A DNA stretch of 64,000 nucleotides from contig CBDBCV010000015.1 in NCBI GenBank assembly GCA_965203455.1, positions 219,359 to 283,358 of the forward strand, in the 5' to 3' direction. The position numbers were made by a program, and so were the translations under genes. The notes beneath the pieces are model-generated. The model made no database searches and was not told where the DNA came from. It saw only the letters and a program-made list of their open reading frames with translations. The DNA is from Alphaproteobacteria bacterium (GTDB lineage Bacteria; Pseudomonadota; Alphaproteobacteria; MPNO01). Positions 19,675 to 30,345 of this stretch are shown here, piece by piece; position 1 is the stretch's first letter, and the number at the start of each line of letters is the position of its first letter.

Positions 19675-21638
19675 GGAGAAATGTGCGCTGTGGTGATTTT
19701 TGGCTGTCGCCGGTTCGATTTTGGCGGTTGAATATCGTCCGGCCCGCTTCCCCACCGGGCAGGATACGGGCTTCCGGGGCCTGACAAATACGATTACCGG
19801 AAGATTGTCTGGCGTGCGGGCGTGGCTTCCCCTCTGCCGTCGGGCGGCGGGATCGGGCAGGATTGTCGGGAGGCAGACGAGCGGTCAGCCGGTGTCGAGA
19901 TACGGCACGGCGCCGACCAGGGAGCGCATGCGCTCGGGGCGGCCGGCGCGGGCCTGGGCGAGAGCCATCGCCATCATCACCGCCAGGGCGAGGCCGAGGC
20001 GGGTCTTCATCTTGGCGCGGCCTCGGATGTAGTGGGTCTCGAAGTTGAAGCTGTTGTCGAGGCGGCTGTTGATCCGCTCCATGGCCGAGCGGCGGTTGTA
20101 GCCGCGCCGCCATGACGGACTGCCCCAGGGCGTGGGGGTGAAGATGCGCCGGTCGTGGCTGTCGAGGTCGATGCGCAGGATGCGGCCATAGTCTCCGGGC
20201 TTGACCCCGCCGGCCCGGTGGCAGGCCCGGCTGCCGGCGCAGGCGAAGCCGAAGGCGGCTGCCGGGCAGCGGTATTTGAGCGTGCCGCAGCGGCCCCGAT
20301 CAGCCTCGAACCCCTGAAACGCCATAGCGCGGACCTCGCCGGTCCCGGGACAGACGCAGGACACCCGGCCGCGCTCGTCGTGAACGATGACATCGGCGCG
20401 GTCGGGGAACAGCGGCCGCGTGATCGGCTGCGCCGGATCGTATCTCGGCTCCTGCTTCTCCACCCGCCACATCAGCCGTGTATCGATCAGCGGGCGGGCG
20501 GTCCACCGGTCCCACAGCCGCGCCTTCAGGCGGGCATCGTCGAGACCGCGGTCGGCGCTGAAGTCGGCGCAGCGCCCGGCGATCTCCGGCGCCCTTGCGA
20601 ACAGCTCCTCCAGCATCCCGGACAGCACCTTGGGTTCCGAGGCCGAAGCGCGCGTCACCTCGAAGGCCACCGGAACCTCGTAATCGGTGTCGGCGATCAG
20701 GTGCAGCCCGTAGCCGAACCACGACTTCACCTTCTTCCACACCGCGCCGGTCCTGGCGTCCACCCCGCCCGTCTCGTGCTTGCCCCAGTCGGCGTCGGGG
20801 TCCGAGGTCTTGTCCTCGTCCTTGCCGACCCGGCCCGTCGAGTGGCTCGCGATCGCCTTGCCGTCGTAGCCGAGATGACGCCCGAAGTCCGGCAACGCGG
20901 CGAACAGCGCGGCGCGCAGGCTCTCGATCATGGCGGACACCAGCCCCTGCTCGTCCTCAAGCTGCACAACACGCCCCAGAAACCGCGAGAAGTTCCAGTG
21001 GCTCGGCGCCGTCGAACGAACCCGCGCCGGGCGCGTTACCGCATGCCCGTCGTGAAGCACCGTCACCGGCCCGCTCTGATACGGCAGAGGGTCGAACCCG
21101 CAGATCTCCAGCAACGCCGGGTTGCGCCCCAGCTCCCGCAACAGCGACTGCATCGAGGCGTGTTGCAACACCACCCCCGCGATCAGCGCCCGCCACATCG
21201 CCCGCACCGGGTAGTCGTTACGGCCCCGACCGCGACACACTTCAAGCGCCGTCACGATCTCCTCGTCGGGAAGCACCGCCAGAACCAGGCGCAGCCGTTC
21301 AAGGTCCGGCAGGACTTCGACATCGCGCCACGAAAAGGGTAGCTTCGCCGCCGTCGCCATCGCTGTTCTCCCGACCAGGGGTGGTGGTGGAACAAGGGCC
21401 CCAGGGCCCGATGGCGACACCTTCTATCTCATGCGCACGATCAGGGCGCGCGAGGCCGCCGCAGGAAAACCTCGCTGCCAAGACGCCGCGACCAGCGGCG
21501 TGGGGTGAAAATCGCCAAAACGACCGCCGCAGCGAAACTGAAACCCCGGATATCAACGACCACCACGGGGTATCAAAAATCTCGCACCTCCGTGAACGCC
21601 TTGTAAATCAACCCGTCCCCGACAGCGCAAACGCCTCA
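19675..21638 (-). mobile_element. IS1182/IS5-superfamily insertion sequence, copy 1 (1964 bp), inserted in the pckA-chvI intergenic region
   Basis: Bounded by the same ends as the identical copy at 47695..49657: inside-out TGAGGCGTTTGCGCTGTCGGGGACGG ... CACAGCGCACATTTCTC, with imperfect IRs GAGnnnTnTGCGCTGT. The flanks diverge exactly at these points in the two copies. Confidence 0.75.
19885..21360 (-). CDS. IS1182/IS5-type DDE transposase
   Basis: 491 aa from MATAAKLPFSWRD...; DDE_Tnp_1-type C-terminus (NRRSAMERINSRLDNSFNFETHYIRG). Identical protein at 47973..49448(+). Confidence 0.85.
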   Translation of the reverse strand: MATAAKLPFSWRDVEVLPDLERLRLVLAVLPDEEIVTALEVCRGRGRNDYPVRAMWRALIAGVVLQHASMQSLLRELGRNPALLEICGFDPLPYQSGPVTVLHDGHAVTRPARVRSTAPSHWNFSRFLGRVVQLEDEQGLVSAMIESLRAALFAALPDFGRHLGYDGKAIASHSTGRVGKDEDKTSDPDADWGKHETGGVDARTGAVWKKVKSWFGYGLHLIADTDYEVPVAFEVTRASASEPKVLSGMLEELFARAPEIAGRCADFSADRGLDDARLKARLWDRWTARPLIDTRLMWRVEKQEPRYDPAQPITRPLFPDRADVIVHDERGRVSCVCPGTGEVRAMAFQGFEADRGRCGTLKYRCPAAAFGFACAGSRACHRAGGVKPGDYGRILRIDLDSHDRRIFTPTPWGSPSWRRGYNRRSAMERINSRLDNSFNFETHYIRGRAKMKTRLGLALAVMMAMALAQARAGRPERMRSLVGAVPYLDTG

Positions 21639-21751
21639 CCGGCGCCGCCGCGCGCCCGCGAGGTGCCGAGGAGAGCGGTTCGCCGGGCTTGCCGCGGCCG
21701 CGCGAGACACCATCTAACAGGTCGCGGCCGCAAGCAGGGACGGGAGGCGTC

Positions 21752-22453
21752 GTGAAGCAACGGATCGCGCTGGTCGACGACGACCGCAACCTCCTCGCCT
21801 CGGTCTCGATGCTGCTCGAAGCCGAGGGATTCGCCGTGCGCTGCTTCACCGACGGCGCGTCCGCGCTCGAAGGGCTCGGCGCCGACCCGGTCGATCTCGC
21901 GCTGCTCGACGTGAAGATGCCCCGGATGGACGGCACGGAGCTCCTGCAGCGGCTGCGCAGGCGCTCCGACATCCCGATCGTCTTCCTGACCTCGAAGGAC
22001 GACGAGATCGACGAGGTGCTGGGGCTCCGCATGGGGGCCGACGACTACATCACGAAACCGTTCTCCCAGCGCCTCCTGCTGGAACGCATCCGCACCGTGC
22101 TCCGGCGCCACCGGAAGGGCGCCGCGGGACCCGGCGAGGGCGCCGCCGATCCCGCGCTGGTGCGGGGCGAGCTCACCCTGGACGAGTCGCGCCATCTCTG
22201 CTCGTGGCGCGGCCGGCCGGTCGACCTCACGGTGACCGAATTCCTGATCGTCAAGGCGCTCGCCGTCCGCCCCGGCCACGTCAAGTCGCGCGACCAGCTG
22301 ATGGACGCCGCCTATGGCGAGCACATCTATGTCGACGACCGCACGATCGACAGCCACATAAAGCGGCTGCGCAAGAAGTTCCGGCTGGCCGACGAGGATT
22401 TCGGCCATATTGAAACCCTCTACGGCATCGGCTACCGGTACAGGGAGGACTGA
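21752..22453 (+). CDS. chvI: OmpR-family response regulator ChvI
   Basis: GTG start preceded by GGGAGG. Receiver domain (ALVDDD...LDVKMP) plus winged-helix domain ([11 protein letters not shown]...YGIGYRY). Followed by chvG-hprK-rapZ-EIIA-HPr as in Rhizobiales/Rhodospirillales. Confidence 0.85.
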   Translation: MKQRIALVDDDRNLLASVSMLLEAEGFAVRCFTDGASALEGLGADPVDLALLDVKMPRMDGTELLQRLRRRSDIPIVFLTSKDDEIDEVLGLRMGADDYITKPFSQRLLLERIRTVLRRHRKGAAGPGEGAADPALVRGELTLDESRHLCSWRGRPVDLTVTEFLIVKALAVRPGHVKSRDQLMDAAYGEHIYVDDRTIDSHIKRLRKKFRLADEDFGHIETLYGIGYRYRED

Positions 22454-22515
22454 GCCGCCGGGCCGCGCCGGCCCCCGACCGCCGGCGCGGCGCACCGACG
22501 ACCGGGGATGCTCCG

Positions 22516-24090
22516 ATGATCTCGCCCCTCACGCGACGCGTGCTGACGGTCAACGTCCTGGCCCTCGGGGCGCTCGTCGCCGGGCTGCTCTATCTCGACC
22601 GGTACGAGGACGGGCTGGTCGAGGCGGAGCTCGCCTCGCTGCACACCCAGGCGGAGATATTCGCCGGCGCGCTCGGCGAGGGCGCGGCGGGGGAAGCGGC
22701 CGGCGGGGACCGGGCGCTGCTCCCGGTCACCGCGCGGCCGATGCTGCGCCGGCTGGTCGGCCCCACAAGGGCGCGGGCGCGGCTGTTCGGCGCAAGCGGC
22801 GCGCTGATCGTCGACAGCCGCGACATGGTGGGCCCGGGCGCGCCGGTGCAGGAGGAGGCGCTGCCGCCGCCCGGCGAGGAAGGATTCGCCGGCCGTCTCG
22901 CCATCGCCGCCTATGAATGGGTGCTCGGCCTCTTGCCCGCCCGCGACCGCCCGCGCGACTATGCCGAACGCGCGGTCCAGCGCGCCGCCGACTACCCGGA
23001 AGCCGCGTCCGCGCTCGGCGGCGAGGCGCGGGCCCGCGTCCGCTTCGACGAACGCGACGACATGGTGCTGATCGCGGCGGTTCCCGTGCAGCGCTTCAAG
23101 CGGGTGCTCGGCGCGCTCATGCTCAGCGCCGACGGCGGCGATATCCGGGAGGCGGTGCGCGACGTGCGCCTCGGCATCCTCAACGCCTTCGCCGTCGCGC
23201 TCGGGGTGACGGTGATCCTCTCACTTTACCTCGCCAACGCGATCACGCGCCCGGTGAAGCGGCTCGCCGAGGCCGCGCGGCAGGTCAAGGGCGGGCGGGA
23301 CGAGCATCTCAAGATCCCCGACTTCACCGCCCGGCGCGACGAGATCGGCGATCTGTCGGCGGCGCTGCGCGACATGACGGCGGATCTGTGGAACCGGATG
23401 GAGGCCGTCGAGCGTTTCGCCGCCGACGTGTCGCACGAGATCAAGAACCCGCTCACCTCGCTCTCCAGCGCGGTGGAGACCGCCGCGCGCATCTCGGACC
23501 CGGCGCAGCAGCGGCGGCTCATGGCGATAATCCAGGAGGACGTGCGCCGCCTCGACCGGCTGATTTCCGACATCTCGAGCGCTTCCCGCCTCGATGCCGA
23601 GCTCGCGCGGGCGGAGATGTCGGAGATCGATATCGGCCGGCTGCTGGAGACGCTCGTCGAGATCCACGGGGCCGCGAGCGCACGCGGCGGCAACGGGCTG
23701 GAGCTCGCGCTCGACGGAGCCCCCCTGCGCGCCACAGGCATCGAGAGCCGGCTGGTCCAGGTGTTCCAGAACCTGCTCGACAACGCCTTCTCGTTCAGCC
23801 CGCCCGGCGCGCCCGTCACGATCCGGGCGCTCAGGGAGAACGGAGCGCTTGCGGTCACCGTCGACGACGAGGGCCCCGGAATCCCGGAGGAAAAACTCGA
23901 TTCCGTGTTCGAGCGGTTCTACAGCCAGCGCCCGGAAGGCGAGGAGTTCGGCGGACACTCCGGGCTCGGCCTCGCGATCTCGCGTCAGATCGTCGAGGCG
24001 CATCGGGGCTCCATCGCCGCCTCCAACCGCTATGACGGGAACGGCGTCGTCGCCGGCGCGCGCTTCACCGTCCGCCTGCCGGCGGGCTGA
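22516..24090 (+). CDS. chvG: Sensor histidine kinase ChvG/ExoS
   Basis: Two TM segments, HAMP, H-box (ADVSHEIKNPLTSL), N/G1/G2 boxes (NLLDNAFSF, DDEGPGIP, GGHSGLGLAIS). Confidence 0.85.
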   Translation: MISPLTRRVLTVNVLALGALVAGLLYLDRYEDGLVEAELASLHTQAEIFAGALGEGAAGEAAGGDRALLPVTARPMLRRLVGPTRARARLFGASGALIVDSRDMVGPGAPVQEEALPPPGEEGFAGRLAIAAYEWVLGLLPARDRPRDYAERAVQRAADYPEAASALGGEARARVRFDERDDMVLIAAVPVQRFKRVLGALMLSADGGDIREAVRDVRLGILNAFAVALGVTVILSLYLANAITRPVKRLAEAARQVKGGRDEHLKIPDFTARRDEIGDLSAALRDMTADLWNRMEAVERFAADVSHEIKNPLTSLSSAVETAARISDPAQQRRLMAIIQEDVRRLDRLISDISSASRLDAELARAEMSEIDIGRLLETLVEIHGAASARGGNGLELALDGAPLRATGIESRLVQVFQNLLDNAFSFSPPGAPVTIRALRENGALAVTVDDEGPGIPEEKLDSVFERFYSQRPEGEEFGGHSGLGLAISRQIVEAHRGSIAASNRYDGNGVVAGARFTVRLPAG

Positions 24091-24093
24091 GCG

Positions 24094-24534
24094 ATGGCGA
24101 CGGTCCATGCGAGCTGCGTCGACATCGACGGGCGGGGCGTTCTCCTTCTCGGACCGCCGGGCAGCGGAAAATCGGACCTCGCGCTTCGCCTGATCGACGG
24201 CGGCGCGGTCCTCGTCGCCGACGACCGGGTCGACATCCGCGCCGCCGGCGGCCGACTGCGGGCCTGGCCGCCGAAGACGCTGGCCGGCAGGATGGAGGTG
24301 CGGGGACTCGGCATCCTCGCCCTCGACTGGCGGCCTTGCGCGACGCTCGCGCTCGCGGTGGAGCTTCTGACCGGCGCCGGGCCCGCCCGTCTCCCCGAAC
24401 CCGCCGCGTGGCGTTACCGCGGCATCGCGCTGCCGCTGATCCGGCTCGCCCCGTTCGAATCCTCGGCCGCCGCGAAAATCCGCCTCGCCGCGCGGGCCGC
24501 GGATACCGACCCCGGCCCCGGCGGCGCCCCATGA
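24094..24534 (+). CDS. hprK: HPr kinase/phosphorylase, short C-terminal-domain form
   Basis: P-loop GPPGSGKSDLAL and the HprK C-terminal signature (MEVRGLGIL). Confidence 0.8.
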   Translation: MATVHASCVDIDGRGVLLLGPPGSGKSDLALRLIDGGAVLVADDRVDIRAAGGRLRAWPPKTLAGRMEVRGLGILALDWRPCATLALAVELLTGAGPARLPEPAAWRYRGIALPLIRLAPFESSAAAKIRLAARAADTDPGPGGAP

Positions 24535-25406
24535 CCGCGGCCCCGGCGCGGATCGTGGTCGTCACCGGGATGTCGGGCGCGGGCAAGACCGCGGCGTTGA
24601 AGGCGCTCGAGGATCTCGGCTACGAGGCCGTCGACAACGCGCCGCTTGCCCTGGTCCCCGAGCTCGTCGGCCCCGGGAGCGACGGCGGGCGCCCGCTCGC
24701 CATCGGCATCGACATCCGGACGCGCGATTTCACCGTCGCCGGGTTCTCCGCGCGGCTGGATGCGCTCGCCGCACCGCCGGGCGCGTCCGTCCGGCTGGTC
24801 TTTCTCGACTGCGGCGACGAGGTCCTGGGGCGGCGCTTTTCCGAGACCCGGCACCGCCACCCGCTCGCCGAAGAGGGCCGGCTGACCGAGGCGATCGGCC
24901 GGGAGCGCGCGCTGCTCGCGCCGCTCCGCGAACGCGCCGACGAGGCGATCGACACATCGACCCTCACCCTCGCCGGGCTCAAGCGGCGGCTCGCCAACGC
25001 CTGCGGGCTGGGGGACGCGCCCGCGCCCGCGATCTCGCTGGTCTCGTTCGCCTATCGCAACGGGCTGCCGCCCGAGGCCGACATCGTGCTCGACGTCCGC
25101 TTCCTGGCGAACCCGCATTACGAGGCGGATCTCGCGCCGCTCACCGGGCTGGACGCGGCGGTCGGCGCGTTCGTCGGGGCCGACCCCGCGTTCGCGCCGT
25201 TCTTCGAATCGCTGAACGGCTTCCTCGCGGTGGTCCTGCCGCGCTACCGGGCCGAGGGCAAGAGCCATCTCACCATCGCGGTCGGCTGCACCGGGGGCCG
25301 GCACCGCTCGGTGTTCGTCGTCGAGAGGCTCGCCGCCCGGCTCGCCGGGGAGGGTCAGCGGGCCGCCGCGACGCACCGCGACCTCGCCACCGAAGCCGGG
25401 GCGTGA
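24531..25406 (+). CDS. rapZ: RNase adapter protein RapZ (YhbJ)
   Basis: Walker A GMSGAGKT at the N-terminus and a conserved C-terminal domain (GCTGGRHRSV). ATGA overlap with the hprK stop. Confidence 0.85.
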   Translation: MTAAPARIVVVTGMSGAGKTAALKALEDLGYEAVDNAPLALVPELVGPGSDGGRPLAIGIDIRTRDFTVAGFSARLDALAAPPGASVRLVFLDCGDEVLGRRFSETRHRHPLAEEGRLTEAIGRERALLAPLRERADEAIDTSTLTLAGLKRRLANACGLGDAPAPAISLVSFAYRNGLPPEADIVLDVRFLANPHYEADLAPLTGLDAAVGAFVGADPAFAPFFESLNGFLAVVLPRYRAEGKSHLTIAVGCTGGRHRSVFVVERLAARLAGEGQRAAATHRDLATEAGA

Positions 25407-25418
25407 CAGGATAGGGCG

Positions 25419-25832
25419 ATGGGCATGATCGGCATGGTGCTGGTGACGCACGGCAACCTCGCGAAGGAGCTGGTCGCCGCGCTCGAACACGTGGTCGGGC
25501 CGCAGGAACGGACCGAGACCGTCTGCATCGGCCCCAACGACGACGCCGAGGCGCGGCGCCGGGACATCGCCGACAGCGTCGCGCGGGCCGACGGCGGCAG
25601 CGGGGTGATCCTGCTGACCGACATGTTCGGCGGCACGCCGTCCAACCTCGCGATCTCGCTGATGAAGGACGGCCATGTCGAGGTCATCGCCGGCGTCAAC
25701 CTGCCGATGCTGGTCAAGCTCTCCAGCGTGCGCGGCCGCGACGGCCTGGAAGAGGCGGTCGCCGCCGCGCAGGAGGCGGGCCGCAAGTACATCAGCGTCG
25801 CGTCCCGGCTGCTCGGCGACAAGGAAGAATGA
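25419..25832 (+). CDS. manX: PTS EIIA component, mannose/fructose family (EIIA-Ntr cluster type)
   Basis: MIGMVLVTHGNLAKEL with the phosphorylatable His (THG), and DMFGGTP. Confidence 0.85.
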   Translation: MGMIGMVLVTHGNLAKELVAALEHVVGPQERTETVCIGPNDDAEARRRDIADSVARADGGSGVILLTDMFGGTPSNLAISLMKDGHVEVIAGVNLPMLVKLSSVRGRDGLEEAVAAAQEAGRKYISVASRLLGDKEE

Positions 25833-26113
25833 CCGCCGGACGGGGCGTCGCCCGCCGCGAGGTCGAGGTGGTGAACGAGCGCGGCCTGCACGCCCGCGTC
25901 GCCGCCAGGATCGCCGCCGCCGCCGAGCGGTTCGATGCCGACATCCGCTTCGCGTGCAAGGGAGAGACGGTCTCGGCGCTCTCGATCATGGGCCTCCTGA
26001 TGCTCGCGGCGACGCGGGGGACCCGGCTGGAGGTTTCCGCGTCCGGCAGCGACGCCGCGGCGGCGGTCGAGGCGTTGGCCGCGATGTTCGCCAACGGCTT
26101 CGAGGAGGGGTGA
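25829..26113 (+). CDS. ptsH: Phosphocarrier protein HPr (NPr)
   Basis: 94 aa. His-15 context RGLHARVAA. Regulatory-Ser region replaced, as is typical for alphaproteobacterial HPr. Confidence 0.85.
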   Translation: MTAGRGVARREVEVVNERGLHARVAARIAAAAERFDADIRFACKGETVSALSIMGLLMLAATRGTRLEVSASGSDAAAAVEALAAMFANGFEEG

Positions 26114-26130
26114 GGGAGTCCGGTGCCCGC

Positions 26131-26243
26131 CGTCATGCCCGGACTTGTTCCGGGCATCCACGTGGGGTTGCCGACTCTCGTGTCCCCGGTTCACCCGCCC
26201 TGCCGCGGGGCGTGGATGCCCGGAACAAGTCCGGGCATGACGA
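26131..26243. repeat. 113-bp REP family A composite palindrome
   Basis: Same terminal arms as 8546..8658 and 14151..14263. Confidence 0.85.
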
Positions 26244-26294
26244 AATAGAGGGGCCGCCGACGCGAAGACCTCTGCGGTTTGAAGAAAAACAGAT

Positions 26295-26558
26295 ATGCTT
26301 CAGGCCATGAAAAAACGACTCGCCACCTATCCGCTGCGCTTGCCGGTGTCCCTGAAGGAGGCCGTCGCCGAGATGGCCAGACGCGACGGGACGAGCATCA
26401 ACCAGTTCGTGACGACGGCGGTCGCCGAGAAGCTGTCGGCAATGAGAACGGCCGAGTTCTTCTCCGAACGCCGGGCGTCGGCGGATATCAGCAACGCCCG
26501 GCGCATCCTGTTCAGGGACGGGGGCAGGAAGCCGGAGTCCGAAGACCGCTTGCCTTGA
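26295..26558 (+). CDS. HicB-family/ribbon-helix-helix antitoxin-like protein
   Basis: MKKRLATYPLRLPVSLKEAVAEMARRDGTSINQFVTTAVAEKLSAMRTAEFF matches the HicB-type antitoxin C-terminal DNA-binding pattern. No toxin gene recognised nearby. Confidence 0.5.
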   Translation: MLQAMKKRLATYPLRLPVSLKEAVAEMARRDGTSINQFVTTAVAEKLSAMRTAEFFSERRASADISNARRILFRDGGRKPESEDRLP

Positions 26559-26758
26559 TCTCAAAGGCAGCGTCTCCATTCAGGCTGCGGTCGCCGCCTC
26601 GCACCGCCGGCTATTCCACAGCCCCGACATCGTCACCCCCGCGTGGCGGCGCCGGCACCGGTAGAGTCGGAAAAGGGGCGGGGCGGGGACGATGTCGCGA
26701 ATCCGCAATATTCTTTCAAGCCCGCCAAAGAACAGGCAGAACAACGGCTGGAGGAAAG

Positions 26759-27148
26759 TCAGTCGACGCGTTCATGGGCAATGGCGGCCGCGAATTCCGT
26801 GTTGCCGATGTTCTGGAGACGCCACGTCACGTGGGGGGTGTCCCCGAACCGGAAAACGCCGCTTCTCACACCCCCAACCATGGCAGGCGGAATTTCGAAT
26901 TTCGCGGTATCCATCGACAGTCCCGCGCCGACAGCCTTGATCAACGCCTCCTTCATCGTCCACAGGCTGTAGAACAGATCCACCTTCCGATTTCCGCTCG
27001 CCGTTTCGAGGGCATCCCGTTCCCCCGGTGCGAACAGTAACCGGATATAGCCGTCCAGATCGCGTTCCGCCGTGCGGTCCTCCACATCCACGCCGATGCG
27101 GCCCTCCCGCGCCAGGGCGATCAGGCCGTGCCGGCCGCTATGGCTCAC
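26759..27148 (-). CDS. 4'-phosphopantetheinyl transferase (Sfp/EntD-type), probably N-terminally truncated
   Basis: C-terminal PPTase motifs GVDVE...FSLWTMKEALIKAVG. Only 129 aa. The upstream region is disrupted about 280 bp before the IS66 copy B terminus. Confidence 0.65.
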   Translation of the reverse strand: MSHSGRHGLIALAREGRIGVDVEDRTAERDLDGYIRLLFAPGERDALETASGNRKVDLFYSLWTMKEALIKAVGAGLSMDTAKFEIPPAMVGGVRSGVFRFGDTPHVTWRLQNIGNTEFAAAIAHERVD

Positions 27149-27501
27149 GTTGAAGGGGACGGAGGCCGCGACGCCCCCGACGCGGGCGAACGGCTTGCCG
27201 AGTTTCGACGCGCCGAACGAGAGGTCCGCGTTCCGGCAGCCGAGTCTGCCGCAGAGCAGCGACCGGAGCGCGGCGCGGCAGAGGGTAAATTCGCGGCGAG
27301 GCCGGGGATACAGGAAGCGGCGCCGGCGCGACCGTTCGGCTCCGTCGAGCCAATCGAGCGCCTCTGCCTCGCGGGAGGCGTCGACCGTCAGATCGACATA
27401 AACGACCGTGGCATCGTCCCGTTTCGTGGTAAGCGGTGTTCAGACCCCATATCGGGTCTGGATTGACAGCGTTTTCTTGAGGGTGGGCTTGGGCGCCGCG
27501 A

Positions 27502-28410
27502 TCAGCCGGTGTCGACGTCGGGCTTGGGATCAAAGTTCCACGGCAGCAGCTCGTGGATCCTCGACTGTGGGTGACCCGCGGCGATCTTCTCGAGCGCGCT
27601 CCTGAGCCAGGCGTGCGGCTCGACGCCGTTCATCTTGCAGGTCTCGATCAGCGAGGCGATCCGGGCCCACGCGGCGGCGCCCTCGTCGTGGCCCGCGAAC
27701 AGGGCGTTCTTTGCCGTGAGCTTCAGCGGGCGGATGCGGTTCTCGACGAAGTTCGAGTCGATCTCGACGCGCCCGTCGCGGAGGAACACCAGCAACCCGT
27801 CCCACCGGTTGGCGATGTAGGTCAGCTTCTCGCCCAGGCGCGAGCGCGGCGAGACGCGCGAGCGCTGCTCGTCGAGCCACACTCCGAAGGCGTTCACCAG
27901 CGGCGCGGACTCCGTCCAGCGCACCGCCTGGCGCGTCGCCGGCGCCGCGCCCCGGATCCTGTCCTCGATCGCGTAGAGCCGCGCGATCCGCTCCAGACCG
28001 GCCTTCGCGACCGGCGAGGCGTTCGAATCGAAGATGTCCTTCAGCGCGCGCCTGGCGTGCGCCCAGCAGGCCGAGAGCGTCAGCGCTCCCCCCGGCCGGT
28101 CCGCACGGCGCAGCGGGTTGTAGCCGCTATAGCCGTCGATCTGCGCGGTCCCCGAGAACCCTTCCAGCAGCGTCTCCGCATGCTTGCCGCCGCGGCCCGG
28201 CGCGTAGGCATAGACCACCCCAGGCGGGTCCGCCCCCGACCACGGCCGCTCGTCGCGCACCATCGTCCACATGTAGCCCGTCCTGGTCCGGCCCCGGCCC
28301 GGGTCGAGAACCCGGATCGGCGTCTCGTCCACCCCGAGCTTCGCCGACCGCTTGAGGTCCGCCGCCAGGCAGTCCACCAGGGGGCGAAGATGGAACGACG
28401 CCTTGCCCAC
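27502..28410 (-). pseudogene. tnpC: IS66 TnpC C-terminal part (different lineage from D/E), frameshifted about 12 codons downstream of the intron site
   Basis: DDE region (...KLTAKNALFAGHDEGAAAWARIASLIETCKMNGVEPHAWL...ELLPWNFDP). Upstream, PLYRQSQIYA is in another frame relative to RRLGLELPRATLADWVGKASF (1-nt indel versus the PFYRQSEAYRREGIDLDR of copy D). Confidence 0.7.
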
Positions 28411-28484
28411 CCAGTCGGCCAGCGTCGCGCGGGGCAGCTCAAGCCCCAGACGCCGCGTAGATCTGCGATTGACGGTAGAGCGGC

Positions 28485-30345
28485 AAGCGAGTCGCGCGGG
28501 GGAATCTCACCCCCACGCGCTCCCAGAACCGTACGTGAACCTCTCAGCTCATACGGCTCCCAGCGTCCGGCCCTGCCCGTGCACAAGGGTCCAATGGGCG
28601 AACCGCCACGGCTCCGCTTTCGCGATTCTGGCAAGCCAGAGACGAGCCTGACGCGGTCGTTGTCGGAAGCGTTTGAACTTCCGCATTGCCCATCGCTGCA
28701 AGTGGGCGTCTATCAGACGAAGGGTCGGATAGAGCGCCGACTTGTAGAATGCGCCGAAGTAGCCGATCCACCCTGCAATTTCGCGATGAAACATGCGGGC
28801 AAGGTCAAGCAGTGCCTTGTCGCTACGCCGTTGCAAACGCCACTGTCGCACGCGGCGCCGAAACGCCTTGAGCGCAGTCGGGCTGGCAGCCGGAAGGAAC
28901 GAGACCCCGAACAACCCGCCGCGCCACGCCGCGAACCTTGGCTGGAAACGGTAGCCCAGGAAGTCGAACGCGACCGTCGGGTAGTCCGCCTTGCGGTTGG
29001 TATCCTTGCAGTAGACCACCTTGGTCTTCTGCGGATGGACCTCCAGGCCGCACTCGGCCAATCGGTCCGCAACCCGCCGCCAGAGGGTCTTTGCCGCCTC
29101 CTCCGTTCGACAATGGCAGATTATATCGTCCGCATACCGTTCGAACGGAACATGCGGCATCGACCTTTTCATCCATTGATCGAACGCATAGTGCAGGAAC
29201 AGGTTGGACAATACTGGCGAAATTACCCCGCCCTGTGGCGTGCCCCTGTCCCGTGCGACAACGGTGCCGTCCTCCTCGATCACGGGAGCCTTCAACCAGC
29301 GCTCGACATAGAGCAGCACCCACCGGCAGTCCGTATGGTGACGAACGGCCTTCAGCAGCAACTCGTGGTCGATGTTGTCGAAGAACCCCTTGATGTCCAT
29401 GTCCAGCACCCAGTCGTAGCGCCAGCATCGCCGACGCGCTGTCCGGATGGCGTCAATGGCGGATCGCTTCGGCCGATATCCGTATGAGTCCTCATGGAAA
29501 ATCGGTTCCAACAAGGGCTCCAGATGTCGGCGAACAACCTCCTGAGCGATGCGGTCCGTGACCGTCGGTATGCCCAACGGGCGCTTCCCGCCGCCCTCCT
29601 TGGGGATGTTCACCCTGCGAACCGGAGGCGGCATATAGCTGCCTGAGGACATGCGATTCCAGAGCTTGTAGAGTTCCGGACCAAGCCGTTCCTCCAGACT
29701 CTCGACCGTCTGCCCATCTACTCCAGCCGCTCCCCGGTTTGCCTTCACATGCTTGAAGGCTTCCCAGACTTCCCTCTTTGCTATCGGGAACGGCTTTGCC
29801 CCTGTCATCCGGCTCCTCCTGTCACCAGTTGGCCGACGGCAGCGGCTGAACACCACAGCCCCTTCGGTCCAGCGCCATTACAGCGCCTTCATCCCTACTA
29901 CGGGCTGTTCTGCCCCTGTGCCCCGCATCGGTACTCTGAGCCTTCCGGGGGCTGCCCGGTTGGCCGTCTCCCTTGGCATCGGGACGACAGGTTCTCCTGT
30001 TCCGCAAGAAAGCCTGTTCCGGGTTCACGCCGCCTTCGAGCCGGATGCCGCGTGGGCCGGACTCCAGGACTCCGCCCATGCTTGTCCCGGAGTGACCACC
30101 ACCCCCGGTTCTGACATCGACCATACGCTTTCGGAAGTTCATCGGCGGTTCGCTTTCGCTCGTCTCCCCGGACCTCACCTGACGAGATCGTCGTCCCGCC
30201 GTTTCCACGACGCTCACCACCATCGCTCTTTACGACAGCAGCTCGTGGTGGTTTGAGACCGACGCCTGATCGTCGACCCCGAGGGGCCTACCCTCATCTC
30301 TCTTGCAGTTGCGCACCTCCTTTCATGGCGGTGCTTCAGGACACA
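28485..30345 (-). mobile_element. Group II intron (second copy, reverse orientation) inserted in IS66 tnpC at the identical codon
   Basis: The exon/intron junction GCCGACCACC|GTGTG is at 30345/30346. Intron-less allele in copies D and E: GCCGACCACC|AACCGTTCTACCG. Same 1861-bp length as 898..2758. Confidence 0.8.
28549..29856 (-). CDS. ltrA-like: Group II intron reverse transcriptase/maturase (identical to 1388..2695)
   Basis: 435-aa protein identical to the other intron copy. Confidence 0.9.
   Translation of the reverse strand: MVFSRCRRPTGDRRSRMTGAKPFPIAKREVWEAFKHVKANRGAAGVDGQTVESLEERLGPELYKLWNRMSSGSYMPPPVRRVNIPKEGGGKRPLGIPTVTDRIAQEVVRRHLEPLLEPIFHEDSYGYRPKRSAIDAIRTARRRCWRYDWVLDMDIKGFFDNIDHELLLKAVRHHTDCRWVLLYVERWLKAPVIEEDGTVVARDRGTPQGGVISPVLSNLFLHYAFDQWMKRSMPHVPFERYADDIICHCRTEEAAKTLWRRVADRLAECGLEVHPQKTKVVYCKDTNRKADYPTVAFDFLGYRFQPRFAAWRGGLFGVSFLPAASPTALKAFRRRVRQWRLQRRSDKALLDLARMFHREIAGWIGYFGAFYKSALYPTLRLIDAHLQRWAMRKFKRFRQRPRQARLWLARIAKAEPWRFAHWTLVHGQGRTLGAV

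Noticed and set aside
19675-19720. GGTTCGATTTTGG motif inspected as a possible tRNA T-arm
   Set aside because: It lies inside the IS1182-like terminal region with no cloverleaf context. No convincing tRNA or rRNA was found anywhere in the window.
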